Assembly: GCA_965652295.1 (NCBI GenBank)
Contig: CBFGTS010000001.1
Coordinates: forward strand, 320,001-384,000
Direction of reading: 5' to 3'
Length of the DNA: 64,000 bases
Origin: an uncultured Haloferula sp.
GTDB lineage: Bacteria > Verrucomicrobiota > Verrucomicrobiia > Verrucomicrobiales > Akkermansiaceae
In this document: positions 58,505-64,000 of the stretch, in pieces
Layout: every line of letters starts with the position of its first letter
Position numbering within the stretch: the stretch's first letter is position 1
The notes under the pieces: model-generated
What the model saw: only the letters and a program-made list of their open reading frames with translations
Database searches by the model: none
Told to the model about the DNA's origin: nothing
Made by a program: the position numbers and the translations under genes

Positions 58505-59650
58505 TCAGCGTTCGTCGAAGGATGGCAGCTCGCCCATGGGGTCGGTGAGGACCTCGTTTTCCAGCGGAGGCAGCAGGGGCATGTTGGGGTCGAAGCCCGG
58601 CATGCCTTCCTCGTCGAGGAAGAGCGGGTCGGGATTGCCGGAAGCTTGCTGTTTGACGTTCGCCTCGCTGGCGAGGTGGCGGGGGCTGGCCTGCGCGTCG
58701 ATGAGTTCGTTGCGGTAGAAAAGCTCGACGGTCTGACCGTAGTACTTCCGCCGCGGGAAAAGGTGGGCGTCGGCAGCCGGAGGATTGGGGATGGTGTAGG
58801 TGACGCGCAGCATTTCCTGGCCGCCGAGCCAATCGATCGCGCCGCTGGCCCACTCGTATTCGGAGGAGGCGTCCGGGCCCATGTTGAGAATCTCGCCCTT
58901 GGCGTCTTTGTCGTAGAGATTCACCTTCACGAAAAAATCGTCGGCGGTGGGCTCGGCGCCGGGTGCGGCGGAGACGGGGATGGTGAGGATCACGCGTTCG
59001 CCGTCGGGGTAGGAAGTGTCCGGGAAGATGATGACCCGTCCGAGGGCCAGCTTGCCGCGCATGTTCTGCGGCAGGGCGATGCCTTCCTCAAGCTTCTTGG
59101 CGGCGAGCGGGTAGAGTGCGCCGGCGCGGCTGGTCCCGAGATTGAACACGCCTTGGAACGCCTCCGCCGCCTTTGCCGCGAGGCTGGTATCGAACGCCGC
59201 CATGGTTTCGTAAACCAACCCAAGTTCGTAGAGGGCGTTCGGGTCCTCGGGGTCGCGCTCAAGGGCTTCGGTCAGCTTCGGAATGGCGGTGCCGAAATCC
59301 TCGGCCACACGCGCCTCGCGGGCTTCGTGGACCAGTCGCTCGACTACGGGATCGGCGATCGGCGGGGCTTGGAGCGGGCGAGCTTCCGGTAGACGGCGAT
59401 CCGCGGGGATCGGCTCTGGAGCGGGCGGCAGGGCGACGAGAGGTTTGGCGGGTTCTTTCGGAGCGGGCGGGGCGATGTTGACCAGCTTGGTGACGACTTT
59501 TTCCTCCACGCGGACCTCGCGGGCGGCCTCGACGCGCAGGGCCAGGGCGACGCCACCGATCAGGATCTGGACGAACGCGATGAGCCCGATGACCCAGCAT
59601 GAAAGCTGAAAAAACAGGCCGGCGCGGGCATGGGTGGTCACTTCCGCCAT
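58505..59650 (-). CDS. Membrane-anchored TPR-containing protein
   Basis: N-terminal TM, Pro-rich linker, AIPKLTEALERDPEDPNALYELGLVYE. Confidence 0.75.
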   Translation of the reverse strand: MAEVTTHARAGLFFQLSCWVIGLIAFVQILIGGVALALRVEAAREVRVEEKVVTKLVNIAPPAPKEPAKPLVALPPAPEPIPADRRLPEARPLQAPPIADPVVERLVHEAREARVAEDFGTAIPKLTEALERDPEDPNALYELGLVYETMAAFDTSLAAKAAEAFQGVFNLGTSRAGALYPLAAKKLEEGIALPQNMRGKLALGRVIIFPDTSYPDGERVILTIPVSAAPGAEPTADDFFVKVNLYDKDAKGEILNMGPDASSEYEWASGAIDWLGGQEMLRVTYTIPNPPAADAHLFPRRKYYGQTVELFYRNELIDAQASPRHLASEANVKQQASGNPDPLFLDEEGMPGFDPNMPLLPPLENEVLTDPMGELPSFDER

Positions 59651-59771
59651 GCGGCAAAACGTAGGGAGCGGTGCTGGAAGTTCAAAGTGCGAAGTTTCGC
59701 GCATCGGCTGGCTGCGTCCGACGGTGAAAGTTGGGGCTTGGCAGGCGGGGCGGGGGGGCTAGAGGTGCGGC

Positions 59772-61034
59772 GTGAGTCGGACCGACGTGACGCCGCGTCG
59801 CGACCTCGAAGGGATGTCACCGGTCGAGGTCGCGGGACGGCTGCGCCATCTGCCGGGACTGGTGTTCTTCGATTCGGCGGCAAACGTGCCGGGCGATGCG
59901 GGAGCCGCCGTTTCAATCGTGGCTGCGGCACCGGTGGAGGTCTTCCGCGGCTCGATCCACTCGGCTCGGGATCGGGCTGTGCTGGAAATGCGGCTGGCCG
60001 AGCGTGGCGGGGAGCCGGCGGCGGACCTCGGGTTTCCCGCCGGAGGGCTGTGCGGGTGGGTGGACTATGAGGGCGGGTTTGTTTTCGGCGACTACCCGCG
60101 GATGCTCGTTCATACCGGGGCCGGCGGATGGATGGATGCCGGAGGCTTGGCCGATGAGTTGCGGGATGCCCCGGTTGAGCCGGGGCCGTGGATCGGGTCG
60201 GTGGTGGCGGAGTGGACGCGGGAACGGTTCATCGCCGCGGTGGAGCGGATCCGTGAGTGGATCGCAGCGGGCGATATCTATCAGGTGAACGTGGCGCAGG
60301 GTTTCACGGCGGAAGTACGAGGAACGTCGTTGTTCAGCCTTTACGAACGGCTGCGCGAGGTTTCCCCGGCACCGATGGCGGCATGGCTGTCGCTCGATGG
60401 CAGGGAGGTCCTTTCCTCTTCGCCGGAGACGTTTCTGCGGATTTCGGGTCGCGGCGTGGAGACGCGGCCGATCAAAGGCACCCGCCCGCGCTTTGCGGAT
60501 GCTGCGGAGGACCGACGCTCGGCGTATGAGCTGCAAACCTCACCCAAGGAGATCGCCGAGCTGGTGATGATCACCGACCTGCTGCGAAACGATCTCGGGA
60601 TGGTGTGCGAGTTCGGATCGGTGGAAGTGGATGAAATGCTGCGTCTGGAGACCCTGGCGCAGGTGCATCATCTGGTCTCGGTGGTGCGCGGACGGTTGCG
60701 GGCGGAGGTTTCGCCGGTGGCGGCGCTGGCACGGTGTTTTCCCGGCGGGAGCATCACCGGTGCGCCGAAGAAGCGGGCGATGGAGATCATATCCGAGTTG
60801 GAGCAAGCGCCGCGCGGGATGTATTGCGGTGCGCTGGGCTGCTTCGGTTATCACGGCGAGAGCCGTTTCAACATCGCGATCCGGACGATCGTGCGGGAGG
60901 GAGGCCGTCTGAGCTTCCACGCCGGCGCGGGGATCGTGGCGGATTCCGATCCGCAGAAGGAATACGAGGAAACCCTGCACAAGGCGGAAGGCATCCGCCT
61001 GGCGCTGGAGGGGTTCAGCGCCTCGGACTCTTGA
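59772..61034 (+). CDS. pabB: Chorismate-binding enzyme (aminodeoxychorismate synthase component I / TrpE-like)
   Basis: GDIYQVN, SSSPETF, TRPIKGTRPR, MITDLLRNDL, FPGGSITGAPK, NIAIRT, GAGIVADS. Confidence 0.8.
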   Translation: MSRTDVTPRRDLEGMSPVEVAGRLRHLPGLVFFDSAANVPGDAGAAVSIVAAAPVEVFRGSIHSARDRAVLEMRLAERGGEPAADLGFPAGGLCGWVDYEGGFVFGDYPRMLVHTGAGGWMDAGGLADELRDAPVEPGPWIGSVVAEWTRERFIAAVERIREWIAAGDIYQVNVAQGFTAEVRGTSLFSLYERLREVSPAPMAAWLSLDGREVLSSSPETFLRISGRGVETRPIKGTRPRFADAAEDRRSAYELQTSPKEIAELVMITDLLRNDLGMVCEFGSVEVDEMLRLETLAQVHHLVSVVRGRLRAEVSPVAALARCFPGGSITGAPKKRAMEIISELEQAPRGMYCGALGCFGYHGESRFNIAIRTIVREGGRLSFHAGAGIVADSDPQKEYEETLHKAEGIRLALEGFSASDS

Positions 61035-61707
61035 TGAGGTAGCGCCTCGGGATCGCGCCTTCGACGATGTCGTGGTAATGCTCCCTGAGTCGCGCGACTT
61101 TTTCGGGATCGACGTCGAGAGCGTCGGCGGGCGTTTCCGCGACCGGATTTTCGTTCCCCACGGGATCGCCGGTGCTTCCGGGGTCGGTCGGGACTTCGGG
61201 GTCAGACACCGAGGTTCCGGGGGAGGACGCGATAGGGCTGGGGAAATGGGCGGCACGGTAGTCGCGCATCAGCCCGTCATAGGACTCGGTCCAGGTTTCG
61301 GGAAAGGTGGTGACGGCGCTGCGCAGGTCTTCGCTGAGCTCTTCCGCTGCGCGGGTGGCCGCGAGTTGTTTTTCGAGCGTTGCTTCTGCCTCGGGGGTCG
61401 GCGTAGGATTGGCGCGGGCTTCGGCGAGCGCTGCGCGGTGTTCCGGGGGCATCCGGCTTTCCAATTTCTGCAGAGCCTCCGCTCCGAGCGGCTGCCCGGG
61501 AGTCGGGCGGATGCCGAGAACGGGCGGACGCTTCTCGTCGCTCTCTTCACGGGCCATGGTGGCATCCCGCTGGCTGATTTTCGCGGTGGCGAATTCATCC
61601 GGCTGCGGTTCGCCAGAGTTCGCCTTGCGATCAGGCAAAGAGACGAACACGGCCGTGCCGACCGCGAGGATGGCGGTGACGCTGGCGATGAGGACGGTGG
61701 GTTTCAT
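61015..61707 (-). CDS. Membrane-anchored hypothetical protein
   Basis: N-terminal hydrophobic segment; low-complexity body. Confidence 0.65.
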   Translation of the reverse strand: MKPTVLIASVTAILAVGTAVFVSLPDRKANSGEPQPDEFATAKISQRDATMAREESDEKRPPVLGIRPTPGQPLGAEALQKLESRMPPEHRAALAEARANPTPTPEAEATLEKQLAATRAAEELSEDLRSAVTTFPETWTESYDGLMRDYRAAHFPSPIASSPGTSVSDPEVPTDPGSTGDPVGNENPVAETPADALDVDPEKVARLREHYHDIVEGAIPRRYLIKSPRR

Positions 61708-61785
61708 AAATGGGGAGCTGGGCAACCTTTACGCCTGAAACCCCACCAGGGAAAGGATTTGTCTGCGGCGGTTTTTGGCGGGAGA

Positions 61786-62454
61786 TCAGGCTTGGCGGAT
61801 GGCTTGGATGGCTTCGGCCATGTCCGGGGCGCGGAAGGTGGACGAGCCGGCGACCATGACATTGGCCCCGGCGCGGGCGCAGCGGCCGGCGGTTTCAGCG
61901 ACGATCCCGCCATCGACTTCGATGTGGAAACCGAGCCCGCGGAGGTCGCGCGCGGCGGCGGCGGCTTCGATTTTCGGCAAAACCTCGGCCATGAACGATT
62001 GCCCGCCGAAGCCGGGGACGACGGTCATGCAGAGCAGCAGGTCGATGTGATCGAGGTGCGCCTCGACCTCTTCGAAAGGCGTGGCGGGGTTGAGCGCGAG
62101 CCCGGCCTGGCAGCCGGCGGCGCGGATCCGGCGGAGCGTGTCGGCCACGTCGTGATCGGCCTCGACATGCACGGTGATGAGGTCGGAGCCGGCGGCGATG
62201 AAACGGTCGAGATAGTGGTCCGGCCGGCTGAGCATGAGGTGGACATCGAGGAAGATGTCGTTGGTTTCATGCACGGTCTGGACGACGGCGGGGCCGAAGG
62301 AAATGTTGTCGACGAAGTGGCCGTCCATGATGTCCATGTGCAGCCAGTCGGCTCCGGAGCGGATGGCGCGGGATACTTCTTCGCCGAGCTTGGAGAAGTC
62401 GGCGGCGAGCAGGGAGGGCGCGATGACGCGGTCGCGGCAGGTCGGGGGAATCAT
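61786..62454 (-). CDS. rpe: Ribulose-phosphate 3-epimerase
   Basis: IAPSLLAADF, HMDIMDGHFV.NISFG, DVHLM, MTVVPGFGGQ, EVDGG. Confidence 0.96.
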   Translation of the reverse strand: MIPPTCRDRVIAPSLLAADFSKLGEEVSRAIRSGADWLHMDIMDGHFVDNISFGPAVVQTVHETNDIFLDVHLMLSRPDHYLDRFIAAGSDLITVHVEADHDVADTLRRIRAAGCQAGLALNPATPFEEVEAHLDHIDLLLCMTVVPGFGGQSFMAEVLPKIEAAAAARDLRGLGFHIEVDGGIVAETAGRCARAGANVMVAGSSTFRAPDMAEAIQAIRQA

Positions 62455-62460
62455 GGGTGG

Positions 62461-62835
62461 TCAGCGTTCGAGGATCTCGATTTCGTAGCCATCCGGATCG
62501 GTGACGAAGGCCATTTTGCGGTCGCCGGAGGCGAACTTCTCCCGCCAGCCGGACGGCCAGATTTCGAGGCCGGCTTTCTCCAGGGTATCGCAGTATTCGA
62601 TGATGTCGGGCACGCCGACGCAGGTGTGCATGAGGTCCTCGGGGCAGGTGGTCTTGTAGTCCTCTGACCAGGTCAGCTCGAGGAAGACGTCGTTTCCGGG
62701 GAGTTCGAGAAAGGCGAGCTGATTGCCTTGCGGCGAGCCTTTGCGCTCTTTTTCGGCGTAGCCGAGCTTGGAGTAGAACTCGATGGACTTGTCCAGGTCC
62801 TGGACGCGGATGCGCGTGTGGAGAAATCGGATCAT
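62461..62835 (-). CDS. gloA: Lactoylglutathione lyase / VOC family
   Basis: FLHTRIRV.DLDKSIEFY, LELT, AFVTDPDGYEIE. Confidence 0.8.
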   Translation of the reverse strand: MIRFLHTRIRVQDLDKSIEFYSKLGYAEKERKGSPQGNQLAFLELPGNDVFLELTWSEDYKTTCPEDLMHTCVGVPDIIEYCDTLEKAGLEIWPSGWREKFASGDRKMAFVTDPDGYEIEILER

Positions 62836-62972
62836 GGCGGGGCGAAGATGGGGTGGGAGCGGGGGGCTGTCAGCGGCGAAATCGTGCCGAACCGCGCATG
62901 GAGTGTGAAATCTCTCTCCGGACATGACGAGGGCTGGCATCCCGGGGGAGGCGGTGTTAGGGGTGTAGGACC

Positions 62973-63413
62973 ATGAAAACGATCGTAGCAGCAGTGGATT
63001 TCTCCGACTCGACGCCCGGCGTGCTGAAGGCCGCGCGAGCCCAGGCCGGAGCCTTCGATGCGGCGCTCCATCTGGTTCACGTGCTGGAGCCGGAGCCGTC
63101 CTACACCGCGTATGGATTCACGCCGGATGAATTCCCGGCGATGCATGTCTTTCAGGAAGAAGCCCGCAAGCGCGCTGGCAAGAAGCTCAACGAGCTGGCC
63201 GGGCAATGCGGCGCGGAGGCGGTGCTGCTGGAAGGCAGTCCGCTCCATGCTCTGATGGAGCACGTGAAGAAGACCGGTGCCGAACTCGTCGTTCTGGGCT
63301 GCCACGGACACGGAATGGTGGCCTCTCTCCTGCTCGGCTCGGTGGCGGAGGGCATGGTGCGAAAGGCGATCGTGCCGACGATGATCGTGCCGGTGACCGA
63401 GGGGAAGGACTGA
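62973..63413 (+). CDS. Universal stress protein
   Basis: IVAAVDFS, LVHV, LVVLGCHG, LLGSVAE. Confidence 0.92.
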   Translation: MKTIVAAVDFSDSTPGVLKAARAQAGAFDAALHLVHVLEPEPSYTAYGFTPDEFPAMHVFQEEARKRAGKKLNELAGQCGAEAVLLEGSPLHALMEHVKKTGAELVVLGCHGHGMVASLLLGSVAEGMVRKAIVPTMIVPVTEGKD

Positions 63414-63459
63414 ACCATCGCGGGAAAGAAGCGCGGCGGGCGGACGTAGAGAGCCGGCG

Positions 63460-64000
63460 ATGCGGAGCCTGTTGTTCCTGACCCTGTTTTTCATGGCCGG
63501 CCTGAGCGAGGGCGGGGAAAGGTTTGCCAACCCGGTGGCGGAGCGTGGTGCCGATCCGTGGGTCATCCGCCACGAGGGTCGGTATTACTACTGCTTCTCC
63601 AGACGCGGTGCGGTGTGGGTGGCGTCGTCCGCTTCCCTGATCGGCGTGTTTTCAGCAGAACCCGTGGAGGCCTGGCGGCCGGAGCGTGGGAAACCGTGGT
63701 CGCACGGGCTGTGGGCACCCGAGTTGCATAGGATCGGTGAGGAATGGATCATCTACGTGGCGGCGGATGATGGCGACAACGCCAACCACCGGATGCAGGT
63801 GCTGCGGCGCAAGGGTGCCGATGCATGCGGGGAGTTCGAGCACCTCGGTCCGCTGGACCTGCCGGAAAACCGGTGGGCGATCGATGGCACCGCGCTGCAA
63901 CACAAGGGCAAGCTCTACCACATCTGGTCCGGCTGGGAGGGCGCGGAGAACGTGCGGCAGAATCTCTACATCTGTGCGATGGAGGATTCCTCCACTCCGG
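63460..64000 (+). CDS. Glycoside hydrolase family 43 (partial, runs off window end)
   Basis: Manual translation: MRSLLFLTLFF.. NPVAERGADPWVIRHEGRYYY, LWAPELH, WAIDGT, WSGWEG. Not in the ORF track. Confidence 0.88.
   Translation, partial: MRSLLFLTLFFMAGLSEGGERFANPVAERGADPWVIRHEGRYYYCFSRRGAVWVASSASLIGVFSAEPVEAWRPERGKPWSHGLWAPELHRIGEEWIIYVAADDGDNANHRMQVLRRKGADACGEFEHLGPLDLPENRWAIDGTALQHKGKLYHIWSGWEGAENVRQNLYICAMEDSSTP

Overview
High-GC bacterial chromosome segment, very likely Verrucomicrobiota of the Haloferula/Luteolibacter type. This is inferred from a PEP-CTERM protein, a Rhodopirellula/Verrucomicrobium-type ECF sigma, a CotH/lamin-tail surface protein and a LysM gene inside the dcw cluster. 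Contents in order: ECF sigma (partial), PEP-CTERM and CotH-LTD genes; a five-gene redox operon (NirB-like flavoprotein fused to a 4-His membrane domain, 11-heme cytochrome c, DUF3365-like heme lipoprotein, cytochrome c5, globin); hflX/ruvX/manC; peroxiredoxin and avtA; three exported hypotheticals; the dcw cluster mraZ-rsmH-ftsL-ftsI-murE-murF-mraY-murD-lysM-ftsW; an ABC exporter; PPi-dependent PEPCK; polX; a ~12 kb glycosyltransferase island with a Tat-signal Gly/Ser peptide and an IS630 remnant; EEP/ybaB/dnaX; GH75; a pseudokinase-FGE operon; a pabB-like gene; rpe, gloA, usp and GH43 (partial). The most notable signals are: (1) a 111-nt-period array of five two-hairpin modules between mraZ and rsmH, with conserved loops, covarying stems and an ORF in frame with rsmH; (2) the putative NADH-to-periplasm multiheme conduit operon; (3) the eukaryote-like glycosyltransferase island facing a Tat-exported (GGSS)n peptide; (4) an A9 slippage site in dnaX with immediate stops in both shifted frames. 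All family calls come from motif recognition by eye; no database searches were run.
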